From a virus (Duplodnaviria; Caudoviricetes): a stretch of 60,909 nucleotides of DNA. Of this stretch, positions 1 through 9,426 are shown piece by piece. Below the pieces are notes generated by a model, which saw nothing but the letters and a program-made list of their open reading frames with translations, was not told where the DNA came from and searched no databases. The stretch spans positions 1 through 60,909 of the IMG/VR virus record IMGVR_UViG_3300048819_000038, one strand, 5' to 3'. A program made the translations under genes and the position numbers. Each line of letters opens with the position of its first letter. The stretch's first letter is position 1.

Positions 1-150
1 GTCATATGCTGCTGCTGCTGCTTATGCTGATGCTGCTTATGCTGCTTATGATGCTGATGCTGCTGATGCTGCTGCTGCTGCTGCTGCTCGTGCTGCTGAT
101 GCTGCTGATGCTGCTGATGCTGCTGCTCGTGCTGCTGATGCTGCTACTCG
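1..150. repeat. Terminal redundancy, left copy; GCT-rich low-complexity repeat
   Basis: Matches 60778-60909 apart from two extra GCTGCTGAT units, indicating a circular assembly broken in a microsatellite. Confidence 0.9.
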
Positions 151-211
151 TGCTGCTGCTGATGCTGAAATAGACTTCGCGGCATTAGCACAAAAAGCAA
201 TGGCCTACTGA
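2..211 (+). CDS. 3' end of the Ala-rich repeat protein that starts at 60383
   Basis: Frame TCA TAT GCT GCT... reads SYAAAAAYADAA...EIDFAALAQKAMAY* and continues the ORF from 60383. Confidence 0.8.
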   Translation, partial: SYAAAAAYADAAYAAYDADAADAAAAAAARAADAADAADAAARAADAATRAAADAEIDFAALAQKAMAY

Positions 212-284
212 ATGGCAGGCGGCTTTTAATCGAACCAATCTGGAATGGTCGAGCGGACGTAAAGCGCAGAAAAGGAGAATAGAA

Positions 285-476
285 ATGATACAGGGATTAG
301 TCGTCGCTTGGGATGGGGAGCGGGAAGTCATTCAGCCGTTCCAGGGAACGATAGGCTATGCGGAGCGTCTTGTCTCCGCAATGGTCTACGAACAACAATT
401 TCATCACTGCATTGTCTGCTCGGAGTTTACCGGCTACGTATGGGCCGAACAGCACTCCTGGGAAACTCTTAAATAA
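285..476 (+). CDS. hypothetical protein
   Basis: AAAGGAG RBS upstream of ATG. Confidence 0.65.
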   Translation: MIQGLVVAWDGEREVIQPFQGTIGYAERLVSAMVYEQQFHHCIVCSEFTGYVWAEQHSWETLK

Positions 477-787
477 TGGACGCCGTAGGATGGCTACTGA
501 TGACATTCCTGGTAGTATTGGGTATCTACATCGTACAAGAAACGATAAAAGATACCCCTGACTTTCCAGAAGACGACTAACAGGAGGATAAGCTGTGTCT
601 AAGTTCGAGTGGTTTATGTGGTGCTTGACTACTATAATGTGGGCAAACATACTACAGAACAAGTACTCGCAGTACAAGAACGTCAGAGAGTGGAGGCATA
701 AGGCCGAAATGTATGACGAGTTTATAAAGAGGTATGAAGAATTCAGAAGGAAAAAATAAAGTACCGTCGCGATGCAGGGAACTCCTA

Positions 788-804
788 GTAACCAAATTGG
801 TTAC
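788..804. repeat. 17-bp palindrome copy 1 (extends to 31 bp, 781-811)
   Basis: actcctaGTAACCAAATTGGTTACtaggagt. Confidence 0.95.
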
Positions 805-881
805 TAGGAGTATTGGCGTTCGATTCGTCATTATCGCTTGCAGGGAAACTATATCAAACCCTGCTGTTTGAAGGAACCATA

Positions 882-1208
882 ATGAGCACCGCTACGAAAA
901 CCAAGAAGTCCGAAGCCACGACCGAAGAGACGCCGAAGCACTCGGAGAATATGGTCATGGCGCGTACCATCTCCCTGCGTGTCGATCTGCCGCCCAAACT
1001 GTCCCAGGAGCAGGCGGAAGATGTGAAGGCCAATATCATTGACTTCTTCTCCGTCAAGAGCATCGACAGCCGCAACTGGCAGGTTACGCCGAGCGAACTC
1101 CGTTTCGATTCCGTCTACCGGGACGGGGATGAATGGGTTGGGGAGGATATGATCTGCATGGGTGTCCATCTCGCCATCCTGGATTATATGCAGAAGCATT
1201 CCGCCTAA
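882..1208 (+). CDS. hypothetical protein
   Basis: GAAGGA RBS, ATG at 882, followed by a terminator hairpin. Confidence 0.7.
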   Translation: MSTATKTKKSEATTEETPKHSENMVMARTISLRVDLPPKLSQEQAEDVKANIIDFFSVKSIDSRNWQVTPSELRFDSVYRDGDEWVGEDMICMGVHLAILDYMQKHSA

Positions 1209-1239
1209 CCATCCTCGTTTGTACCCCTAGGATGCCTCT

Positions 1240-1281
1240 ATTAGCCCTTCAGGGCCAATTCTGAAGGGCTAATTCTCTTTC
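1240..1281 (+). terminator. intrinsic terminator
   Basis: ATTAGCCCTTCAG/CTGAAGGGCTAAT 13-bp stem followed by a T-rich tail. Confidence 0.7.
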
Positions 1282-1332
1282 GTGACATTTACTATACGTA
1301 GGCCAAAATAGGCCGTAGAAAAGGAGGGCTTA

Positions 1333-1590
1333 GTGAGAAGCATTACGATTAACCTGAAGTCGGGTGACAGCATAACAATTCAGGAAAACGAACCGGGACT
1401 CGGTATGTACATCAATCCTTTGGGGTGGGTTAGTATATCGAGCACTATAATGCCGATCCCTTACCAGAAGGGAAGTTCCATCGTCATCGCTACGGTGGAA
1501 ACTTTCATGGCTACCATGTTCCTATGCGGCGTAGACATGAGCGATCCAAAGATCGTTTTAGCAATCGAAACCGCGTTCGGCGTGGACTGA
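1333..1590 (+). CDS. hypothetical protein
   Basis: AAGGAGG RBS, GTG start. Confidence 0.65.
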   Translation: MRSITINLKSGDSITIQENEPGLGMYINPLGWVSISSTIMPIPYQKGSSIVIATVETFMATMFLCGVDMSDPKIVLAIETAFGVD

Positions 1591-1616
1591 CGAACCATAG
1601 AAAGGAGGATTTATCC

Positions 1617-1826
1617 GTGAACCAGATCATATCGCTCATAGACCCCACCGTATGTAATGGGTGTCGATTTTCCGCAAGCGAGTCCATACCACAGGCAAAT
1701 GGGACAGTGAGACTCATTATGCGTTGTAAGCGAAAGGACTGTGACAACTGGATTATGAGTCAATTCAGACAGCCTAGACTGCCTATTGACGTGTCCCTAC
1801 TAGCGGACTACAAAGAGGAGGATTAG
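1617..1826 (+). CDS. small Cys-rich hypothetical protein
   Basis: AAGGAGG RBS, GTG at 1617; CNGC and CKRKDC motifs. Confidence 0.6.
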   Translation: MNQIISLIDPTVCNGCRFSASESIPQANGTVRLIMRCKRKDCDNWIMSQFRQPRLPIDVSLLADYKEED

Positions 1827-1830
1827 GCAC

Positions 1831-2010
1831 ATGTCCTTAATAGGAGATAGCGAAAACCTACCAATAACCAGAGAGGAGGTACGTTCTATTAGGGACTACT
1901 GTATGACGCAGTGGGAACGCGCCATTTGCCCCGACCAGAAGGACGATTGGAACAATCAGGCACTCGCATGGGCCTGCTACCTGGAACGAAGTAACCAAAT
2001 TGGTTACTAG
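1831..2010 (+). CDS. hypothetical protein (59 aa); palindrome encodes its C-terminus
   Basis: Manual translation MSLIGDSENL...SNQIGY*. Confidence 0.6.
   Translation: MSLIGDSENLPITREEVRSIRDYCMTQWERAICPDQKDDWNNQALAWACYLERSNQIGY
1991..2007. repeat. 17-bp palindrome copy 2
   Basis: GTAACCAAATTGGTTAC followed by TAGGAG RBS. Confidence 0.95.
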
Positions 2011-2019
2011 GAGAAAACT

Positions 2020-2271
2020 ATGGAATGGGTATGGCAACTCGCTTGCGTGCTGATATACATGCTGGCAGTCCTCACGGCGGCATTCCTGGGAGCGTTGGCA
2101 CTGGCCGTCTTACACGATTGGGTAAAGGTTAGCCTACGAAAGCAGAGGCGTGAGCGTGAGTTGGCAAAGAGAAGGGCGCAAACTGTGACCCGCATCCGAA
2201 ACAACAACGACCACTACGATAAGTATGGCGAGGACGAGGAAGAAAGAATAGACTACTACGAGGAGGACTGA
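2020..2271 (+). CDS. single-pass membrane protein
   Basis: Hydrophobic N-terminus, charged tail, RBS. Confidence 0.7.
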   Translation: MEWVWQLACVLIYMLAVLTAAFLGALALAVLHDWVKVSLRKQRRERELAKRRAQTVTRIRNNNDHYDKYGEDEEERIDYYEED

Positions 2272-2785
2272 TATGAGCACATGGCAGATGGTTTACTGCG
2301 TGATACTTCTGTTCGTGACGTGGTGTCTTGCTACATCGGGAAGTAGGTACTAGCATGGATGAAATTCCAGGGGTTGTACTGCTATTCTCTGTGTCTGTGA
2401 TACTAGGTCTGATCGTGATGTTCTGCCGATACTTCGCCAGTCAGGTGATTTCCACGATCCAGGACTATATCTCTGTCTACACAGATAACTGGAAATGTAG
2501 GAGGAGGTGACATGCCTATCATTCATGGGACGTGTGACACCACGTGCAGGGAGGAGGAGGATTTTAAGCAGGAGGCTATCGAAAATTTCCTGGATGGGAA
2601 GCAACCGGCAGACAGACCGGAGTTAATCGTAAGAACGAGTATTCCCATCCTTTCCACGAAAGAGGGTATTCACTACCCACACGACAACAAGCTGGATGCG
2701 GTTTTTGCCGTGTCTATGATCGTGATAGTTGTCGTGCAATACCACGTGAGACGTGCATTCTGGCACTAGAGAGGAGGGATAGCAT

Positions 2786-3082
2786 ATGCTGTGTAACAAC
2801 ATGAAAGTTACTATGTGGGGAGTGTTTCGGTGTATTGACTACGAAGGAACCCCACGCAACTCCCTACCTCTGCGTGTATTTACAACCGACTGTCCTCAGA
2901 AGGCAAAGAACTATCTGTGGAATACGCTGTGCGCCGACTTTGAGCGCAGAGGTAAGCCGGTAGAACGCCGGGAAGGGAAAGACGAATTCACTGTCACCCA
3001 TGACACAGGGGACAGGCATACCTACTTCGCTAACTACGTATCACTGGATAGCGAAGAGGCTTCTAACTACATGGCTAACTAA
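2786..3082 (+). CDS. hypothetical protein
   Basis: GAGGAGG RBS. Confidence 0.65.
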   Translation: MLCNNMKVTMWGVFRCIDYEGTPRNSLPLRVFTTDCPQKAKNYLWNTLCADFERRGKPVERREGKDEFTVTHDTGDRHTYFANYVSLDSEEASNYMAN

Positions 3083-3418
3083 GGAAAAGGTATTGAAAAT
3101 GGGACTCGCACTCTGTGCATTCATACTGTTCGTACTGTTCTGCTGCGGCGGACTCATCGTCTTCGTGTTTGGAGCGCAAGTCGATGACGACAAGGAAGGG
3201 GAAGACTGACAATGGAATGGTTACTGGTAGTTCTGGTAGAAGCGGTCGTGGAGGCTGTTATAGGGGTGGTAGTGGTAAACGCCATTACCAGGAAGCGTGA
3301 GTCGTGAGCGCAAATGACATCGGGTTCTTAGCCGCTACGGTAGTATTCGTAGCGGCTATTTTACTGGCAGGGAAATACATACAACCTCTGAATGATAGAG
3401 AGGATGGAGACGCAGGAG

Positions 3419-3817
3419 ATGAATAAGACGCAACGTGCAAAACTACGCAAGCTGGCAAAGCATCTCGCCAGCGATGAACCGCTGAAAGTGGGGGAGTTCT
3501 CCTTCGCTGTGTGGTTCAATCCGAACAATAACTGTGGGTGTGCGATAGGGGAAACCGCACTCATTTTTCGTGGATGGGAAATAACCAGTGATGACATACC
3601 TTTACTAAAGTCCATGTCAACAAGATATAAATCTACGCATAGATCCGGCGAGGAATTCTACGGAATCGATGATAAAGAATTCTATCACCTGTTCATTCCA
3701 TATTGTCAAAACACAGAACTGTACGGTGGGACTGAACTATCAGACTTTGCCACCCGGCAAGAAGTGGCGGCGAATATGTTTGAATTCCTGAAAAGGGTGA
3801 AGGCCACTACAGAATAG
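3419..3817 (+). CDS. hypothetical protein
   Basis: ORF with a CGCAIG motif in a packed operon. Confidence 0.65.
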   Translation: MNKTQRAKLRKLAKHLASDEPLKVGEFSFAVWFNPNNNCGCAIGETALIFRGWEITSDDIPLLKSMSTRYKSTHRSGEEFYGIDDKEFYHLFIPYCQNTELYGGTELSDFATRQEVAANMFEFLKRVKATTE

Positions 3818-3827
3818 GAGAAGTAGC

Positions 3828-4406
3828 ATGGAGTACACAGACGCGGAACTGTTTGAGATCGGGTACAATATCGGCAAGTACGAACGGTCAAGAGTGGCAC
3901 ACAACGTCAGCAGGCCAATGGACACGAAGACGGAACGCAGGACGCCTATGCAGGGACGCCGGGAAGTCGTACCACGCAGTAGGCCGAGAGATGCAGGGAA
4001 AACCATACGCTACAGGTGGAAGAAGGATCTCTCTGCCGCCTCCCCTGCGTACCAGGAAGGATATGCCAAAGGGTACGCCGAAACTCCCGCCCTGCCCCTC
4101 TTCTCTCCGGACGCGCCTGTGACTTACGGAGACTTCTCTGAGATCCCTACGACCCTGCAAATGCAGGAAAAGCTACCCGATCCGGAAGTCAGGGCAGGGA
4201 TGCTACAAACGATGCAGTCTTTCAAGACGGGTAGTACCAGGGAATATCAGGAAGGCATGTTCACCGAGTTAGACGAACTATGCCGAAAGTTTTTGTCCGG
4301 TAAACTGAAACACATCGACGCAGGGTTTATACAGGGGTTTGCCGATCGGTGGCACATACCTGTCCTAGAGGCAAAACAACGCCTGGAAAGAGAGTTTAAT
4401 CGGTGA
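3828..4406 (+). CDS. hypothetical protein
   Basis: AGGAG RBS, 192 aa. Confidence 0.7.
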   Translation: MEYTDAELFEIGYNIGKYERSRVAHNVSRPMDTKTERRTPMQGRREVVPRSRPRDAGKTIRYRWKKDLSAASPAYQEGYAKGYAETPALPLFSPDAPVTYGDFSEIPTTLQMQEKLPDPEVRAGMLQTMQSFKTGSTREYQEGMFTELDELCRKFLSGKLKHIDAGFIQGFADRWHIPVLEAKQRLEREFNR

Positions 4407-4669
4407 AAAAAGTAGAGGAAGTATTTAGCATTATGGGCGGTACGAACAACGCTAGGGTGTACACGCCAAAAGAAATGCCAATCGAGATCGGGGTAGTAAC
4501 CAACCCGATCGACAGTGAAGAAAAGATGGTATACATCGTGGACAAGGAGGATGGCGATACCATCCTCATCCCGTTAGAGTATATCGGACTCATCATTCAT
4601 ACACTCATCACCCTGCATGTCAGTGAGTCTGGAGATGACCAGGAGGGCGTACCGCACTATGGACACTAG
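4403..4669 (+). CDS. hypothetical protein
   Basis: GTGA overlap with the previous gene. Confidence 0.6.
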   Translation: MKKVEEVFSIMGGTNNARVYTPKEMPIEIGVVTNPIDSEEKMVYIVDKEDGDTILIPLEYIGLIIHTLITLHVSESGDDQEGVPHYGH

Positions 4670-4883
4670 TACGGATTATCAGGTATGTCTTACGGAGGCG
4701 CAGAAGAACTCCGTAATTCGTGAACTCATAAAACGCCAATCGGACGGTTTGCCGAATTACATGAGCATAGAGTGTCCTATCCCCTTACTTGGCGATCACG
4801 GAGCGGTAGTGATGAAGTGCAACTACCGCTCCGGAGGACACATATTCCTCGTCATCGAACCAGACGGCCATACACATAGTTAG
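4659..4883 (+). CDS. hypothetical protein
   Basis: AGGAGG RBS, ATG at 4659. Confidence 0.6.
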   Translation: MDTSTDYQVCLTEAQKNSVIRELIKRQSDGLPNYMSIECPIPLLGDHGAVVMKCNYRSGGHIFLVIEPDGHTHS

Positions 4884-4892
4884 GAGGACTAC

Positions 4893-5102
4893 GTGAAGGA
4901 ATTCGTGATCGAGTTCTGCTACTACTCTCATGTTCGCAACAAGATATTCGACATGGATAAGATTGTCATGGGCAAAGACCCAACGGACGCCATCATTCGC
5001 TTCAAGAAGGACAGCGAAGGTGTATACGGCAAGATCACCGTCATTACCTGTAAGCCACGGAAAGGGGTCAGGAAAGATGCGACTCTATTCTATCCACTGT
5101 AA
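4893..5102 (+). CDS. hypothetical protein
   Basis: AGGAGG RBS, GTG start. Confidence 0.6.
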   Translation: MKEFVIEFCYYSHVRNKIFDMDKIVMGKDPTDAIIRFKKDSEGVYGKITVITCKPRKGVRKDATLFYPL

Positions 5103-5225
5103 GTGCTGTGTGTGTCTTCGGTGCTACACCCTCTTTGTGTACGCCGACTCTGCCGGAAGTGCCGTAGCCTACATGCGCTGTAGGCTAAAAGACATCGCCA
5201 TAGTTCTTCGGGTAAGAACGATGTA

Positions 5226-5242
5226 GTAACCAATTTGGTTAC
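5226..5242. repeat. 17-bp palindrome copy 3
   Basis: GTAACCAATTTGGTTAC between TAG stop and AAGGAG RBS. Confidence 0.95.
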
Positions 5243-5256
5243 TAAGGAGAATTAAA

Positions 5257-5610
5257 ATGACAGAGGAAATGTGCTACTTCTGCACAAAATCAAAACACGA
5301 ATCCCGATCGGTTTCTTTCCTGCCAAAAGGAACCCCCACACAAGAGCAGGCGTTCTTCGATATGGAACCCTGCTTTCGGTGTAAGGAACTATCGGAGGGA
5401 AGAGTTCTTGTGTTCGGGGTGGAGAGCGATTCTTCACCAGAGCCGATACGGACAGGAACCTCAGCACTGTTTACGCAGGAACAGATACGAAAAGAGATGC
5501 CCGACTCCGCAGAGAAGATCATAAACCAAGGAGTAATCTTCATGCTGGAAGAAGAACTCATTGGTCTTATGATGGATATAATGGAGGCTGAACTTGAACC
5601 TACTGGATAA
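5257..5610 (+). CDS. Zn-binding hypothetical protein, paralog of 6704-7090
   Basis: CYFC...EPCFRCKE motifs. Confidence 0.7.
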   Translation: MTEEMCYFCTKSKHESRSVSFLPKGTPTQEQAFFDMEPCFRCKELSEGRVLVFGVESDSSPEPIRTGTSALFTQEQIRKEMPDSAEKIINQGVIFMLEEELIGLMMDIMEAELEPTG

Positions 5611-5785
5611 AATCATACGGTACGAGTCCGGGGAAACAACTGAGCAGGGAGACATTGAACTCTTCCAAGAACTCGTAGACAACGGCATGGAATGGACACT
5701 ACAGGGCCACTATGGGCGTACTGCAACAGCAATGCTGGACGCAGGGTTAATTAAACCACGGCAAAAGAAAGGTATGGCACAATGA
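5594..5785 (+). CDS. conserved phage hypothetical protein
   Basis: FQELVDNG-W-LQGHYGR motif, recalled as common in phages. Confidence 0.7.
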   Translation: MNLLDKIIRYESGETTEQGDIELFQELVDNGMEWTLQGHYGRTATAMLDAGLIKPRQKKGMAQ

Positions 5786-6714
5786 CACGAATAATGGTAA
5801 CGAACGAGGAAGTAATGCACCTGTGGGCACATCAGGCGCAGGAAACAGCAGAGGCGCGTAACGGTTCCATGAGGTTCTATGGGACTTCTATCTATAAGTA
5901 TGGACAGGAAGTTGGCAGGATCGTTCTTAACTCCAAAGGGGAGGAATCGTACCTGTACCGCCAGTTCAATTCAGGGGGATGGGGTTCTCCATCTACATAC
6001 GATCTCCTGCCTAGTCTTCCTCCTGGAAGGCCATCCTTCGACGTGGGCGGAAGCGTGGATCGAAGTCCAGAGGAAATACTGAGAGATTACCTGCACGCGC
6101 TGTCCAACCTGAAGGCCATAGCGGATCGCGCAAGGTCTAATAAGGCGTGGAGGTTAAAAGAAGTCGTGAAGCACATCGAAATGATGAAGCGGTTCAACGA
6201 CTTCTTTGGACTGGAGAATGCCGCCGTGGAAGCACTCTATACAGACGACCTTCAGGACGCCGTGAAGGTCGCAGAGGCAGCCTTCACGGAGTACCTTCGC
6301 AAGAGGGAAGAGAGACGTAGAAAGGATCAGGAAGAACGACTAGAAAAGTCGAAAGAGAGCCTTGCTAAGTGGCTGCAAGGAGAGCATGTTTACTTAGGCT
6401 ACCTGGGAGGTTTATCATACATGCGAGTTCGTGGAGACGAGGTTCATACAACAATGGGGGCAGTCGTCCCGATCTCTCACGTCCAGCGAGCGGCCCCATT
6501 CATCCTCGCAATGATTGACAAGGTAAAAGAGGAACAGACCAATTACTACCCAAACCATGCCATCCGATTAGGGCATTACAAACTCGAATGTATAGACATA
6601 GAGGGTACTGTGCGGGTAGGGTGTCATCTTTTCGCAGAATCGGAGATACGCCGGTTTGCCGAAGTACTAAAAGGTTTGGACTGTGAAGAAAAGGAGAATA
6701 CTAATGAGTCTTAG
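5782..6714 (+). CDS. conserved phage hypothetical protein
   Basis: 310 aa; HLWAHQ N-terminus and VGCH C-terminal motif. Confidence 0.75.
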   Translation: MTRIMVTNEEVMHLWAHQAQETAEARNGSMRFYGTSIYKYGQEVGRIVLNSKGEESYLYRQFNSGGWGSPSTYDLLPSLPPGRPSFDVGGSVDRSPEEILRDYLHALSNLKAIADRARSNKAWRLKEVVKHIEMMKRFNDFFGLENAAVEALYTDDLQDAVKVAEAAFTEYLRKREERRRKDQEERLEKSKESLAKWLQGEHVYLGYLGGLSYMRVRGDEVHTTMGAVVPISHVQRAAPFILAMIDKVKEEQTNYYPNHAIRLGHYKLECIDIEGTVRVGCHLFAESEIRRFAEVLKGLDCEEKENTNES

Positions 6715-7090
6715 AGTATCGGAAAAGTACGGTGTTAATGCGTCCCTGGAATTATGCTTCTTCTGTGGAAAGGAGAAGGGCGTCGTTCTTATGGGAAGGC
6801 TGAAAGGGGACGTAAAAGCCCCTATCAGTGTCATAGCGGACAAGGAGCCGTGCGATGAGTGCAAAGAACGTATGAAGGAAGGGGTTATGTTTATCGGGGT
6901 AGAGGACGGACAAGAAGGTAAAGACGAACCGGATAGAATGGGTATGATCGTTACCGTAAAAGACGAATCAGTAAGCCACCTGTTAAACGAAGACGTGATG
7001 CCTTACTACCTAAAAACCAGGATCGTCTTCTGCCCCAGGGAGGTGTGGTTAAGGATGGGGTTTCCACTAGAACAGGAGGAAGTGAAGTAG
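6704..7090 (+). CDS. Zn-binding hypothetical protein, paralog of 5257-5610
   Basis: CFFC...EPCDECKE motifs; AAGGAG RBS. Confidence 0.75.
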   Translation: MSLRVSEKYGVNASLELCFFCGKEKGVVLMGRLKGDVKAPISVIADKEPCDECKERMKEGVMFIGVEDGQEGKDEPDRMGMIVTVKDESVSHLLNEDVMPYYLKTRIVFCPREVWLRMGFPLEQEEVK

Positions 7091-7091
7091 C

Positions 7092-7571
7092 ATGATCCGT
7101 AGTGACATCGAACCTGTCACGGAGGAATTCTTGGGTTCGCTTCCGGACGATGTACTGGAAGCCTTAGAGGTACACCTGTGCTTTGCAGGCGGGTGGAGAG
7201 CCAATCCGTATAGGTTACAACGTCGCGACGGAAAGATCCACGCTCTGAGTGTAAAGGCAAGCCGATGGTTACAGCTAGATCACATCGGCTCGACCCGAAA
7301 TGACACTCGTATTTTCCTGGAGAACCCGGAGACAAACTTACCGTTGACTATGGAAGAACTGTTCCAAGAAAAAATCGGAACAGTTCTTTGGGTCAAATAC
7401 GCCGGTTGGGGAAAGTCTTTCCCCTACAAGCTGGCTATTATTACAGATACTATCCCAAAGGTAGCTATATTTAAGCCCAAGCAAGGCGACCTTATAGAAC
7501 TCTCTGTGATAGGAGACAAGCGCGGAGACATACAAGTGTTTAGAGAGGAGTATCAATGGAAGTCGAGATAG
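7092..7571 (+). CDS. hypothetical protein
   Basis: Packed ORF in the operon. Confidence 0.65.
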   Translation: MIRSDIEPVTEEFLGSLPDDVLEALEVHLCFAGGWRANPYRLQRRDGKIHALSVKASRWLQLDHIGSTRNDTRIFLENPETNLPLTMEELFQEKIGTVLWVKYAGWGKSFPYKLAIITDTIPKVAIFKPKQGDLIELSVIGDKRGDIQVFREEYQWKSR

Positions 7572-7876
7572 AAAGAGAGCCTACCTTCATGGCGCGGCAG
7601 TCCGGATTTCAGTACCGAAATGACCCGGAAAGGAAATGGAGGTATATGACCCTAGAGGAATACAAGAACCCTCCGGAGTATGTCTACTTGGCGGTGGCTT
7701 CCATTATACCCGGACATACACCTGTGTGGCATGTAAAGGTGAACGGAAAGCCGAAGGTGTGGAAGAGAGATCCTAACAAGGTGAGGGTTGCAGTAAGGTA
7801 TGGGTTGTACGACTTTACAGAAGTATACTACGGCCCAAACGAGTACTACCAACTGTGCCTACCTGCGGAGGAGTAA
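7556..7876 (+). CDS. hypothetical protein
   Basis: VNGKPKVWKRDP...YGLY motif; stop codon lies inside the palindrome. Confidence 0.7.
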   Translation: MEVEIEREPTFMARQSGFQYRNDPERKWRYMTLEEYKNPPEYVYLAVASIIPGHTPVWHVKVNGKPKVWKRDPNKVRVAVRYGLYDFTEVYYGPNEYYQLCLPAEE

Positions 7877-7889
7877 CCAATTTGGTTAC
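7873..7889. repeat. 17-bp palindrome copy 4
   Basis: GTAACCAATTTGGTTAC supplies the TAA stop. Confidence 0.95.
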
Positions 7890-7900
7890 GGAGCAATCCT

Positions 7901-8200
7901 GTGCAAGATAGAATTGAAAAACTTAGGGATCAGATACGGGATCTGGAAACCCTGAAAGACACAATGGAGTGGATGGTAAAGAAAATGGAGTTTGACTCGG
8001 ACGAGAGACGCATCATGCTGCAAGCGGTGCAGTCAATCGTAAACATTCGTAAGTCTCACGAAAACCGAATACATGAGATTTACCTTTACGTGGATCGCGA
8101 ACATCGAGCGAATAACGGTGCGTCTCGGACGCACCGTGATCGAATACAAGCTGGAATTCGCAGGCGAAAGGAAAAGGAAAGTGGCACTGGAGACAAATGA
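7901..8200 (+). CDS. hypothetical protein
   Basis: GGAG RBS, GTG start. Confidence 0.6.
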   Translation: MQDRIEKLRDQIRDLETLKDTMEWMVKKMEFDSDERRIMLQAVQSIVNIRKSHENRIHEIYLYVDREHRANNGASRTHRDRIQAGIRRRKEKESGTGDK

Positions 8201-8951
8201 GGAACAGGTGTACTGCACGACCGATTACGCCCTATTCTCTCACATGAAGGGCAATCGCCCTATCGACCAGAAGAACGTCGATAAGCTGGCAGAGAACATG
8301 AAGAAGGTAGGTTTTAAAAAAGCCTTCCGGATTGTGGTAGACCCGGAGGGAAGGGTCAAGATCGGTCAACACCGACTACTGGCGGCAGAGCAGGCACAGG
8401 TTCCGGTATACTACGTGGTAGACACCGAACTCACTGTTCAAGAGATGCAAGACGCTGAAAACATGCAGAAGAAATGGTCACTGCACGACTACATCTACTC
8501 CTACGCCCAACTTGGCAATGAGGAGTATATCAAGCTAGAATCGACCTACGTAGGATCGGTCTTCCCGCAGGCGGCGATTAGCCAGTTTTGGGGTAGGGCG
8601 TATGGTATATCACTGCTCTCCTACTACGAACACGTAAAGAAAGGGATTTTCAAGTTTACCGACCAGCGCAAGGCGAAGTTCGACCTCCTGCAACGACAAG
8701 TCCTCGATATATTCGAGTTCAACAAGAAACTTATCAACCGTGCCAATGCCGTCGAGGGAACCCTGGTACTCATCTGTCACCCGGACTACAACCATCGGCA
8801 GATGCTTCATAAGCTAGAGAACATGCAGTCGCGGCTAGTAGTTTGCCCGACCAGGGATGAGTACACTAAGATACTCTTCGAGATTTACAACTACAAGAAT
8901 CACGGAAAACATCTGATCGCTCCTCAGCGTCGGATTACAGGAAGGGGTTAG
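8181..8951 (+). CDS. ParB/Srx-like N-terminal domain protein
   Basis: NRPIDQKNVDKLAENM...IVVD...GQHRLLAA; start uncertain (GTG 8181 after AAGGAAA). Confidence 0.7.
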   Translation: MALETNEEQVYCTTDYALFSHMKGNRPIDQKNVDKLAENMKKVGFKKAFRIVVDPEGRVKIGQHRLLAAEQAQVPVYYVVDTELTVQEMQDAENMQKKWSLHDYIYSYAQLGNEEYIKLESTYVGSVFPQAAISQFWGRAYGISLLSYYEHVKKGIFKFTDQRKAKFDLLQRQVLDIFEFNKKLINRANAVEGTLVLICHPDYNHRQMLHKLENMQSRLVVCPTRDEYTKILFEIYNYKNHGKHLIAPQRRITGRG

Positions 8952-8953
8952 CA

Positions 8954-9217
8954 GTGAAAGAAGTCACCATTTCCGGGGCCGTCTTATTGAAGAGAAAAGA
9001 GGCGGCAGTACAAATCGAGATAGGATAGGAGAAGATTATCATGTCTTGCGAAGATGCAAGAGCGATAGCCCTCTCTATCCTCGAATGCGCCGCCGCCTCC
9101 GAGTCGGATCTGTTCCTGGTGGGATACGCGGAGGAAAGGATAGAGCTAACCACAAAAGACCAACAGGCACTACTAGATGATCATAAGAGATGGAAATCGG
9201 AGAAACGGGGGATCTAA
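8954..9217 (+). CDS. conserved phage hypothetical protein with an internal in-frame TAG at 9026-9028 (readthrough or pseudogene)
   Basis: MKEVTISGAVLLKRKEAAVQIEIG*EKIIMSCEDARAIALSILECAAASESDLFL... Confidence 0.55.
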
Positions 9218-9426
9218 CCACGAAAGAGTGTGAGCATAAGTTTGAGTTTCTAAGGCAAGAGCAGGTAATCAATCGGTACGAATATCATCCAGACAGGTTG
9301 ACGTACGATGTATTCATCTGCTCCAAGTGCCTTACCTATCGGCGTATCCATATCCTGACAGAAAGTCAGAGTTATGATCGGTTCGGATACGATGTCAAAT
9401 GGCGGAAGCCTGAACAAGGAGAATGA
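9190..9426 (+). CDS. hypothetical protein
   Basis: CEHKF...CSKC motifs. Confidence 0.6.
   Translation: MEIGETGDLTTKECEHKFEFLRQEQVINRYEYHPDRLTYDVFICSKCLTYRRIHILTESQSYDRFGYDVKWRKPEQGE

Noticed and set aside
1-211. The GCT-rich repeats as a diversity-generating retroelement TR/VR pair
   Set aside because: No reverse transcriptase is present, and the copies differ by a repeat-unit indel rather than adenine-specific substitutions
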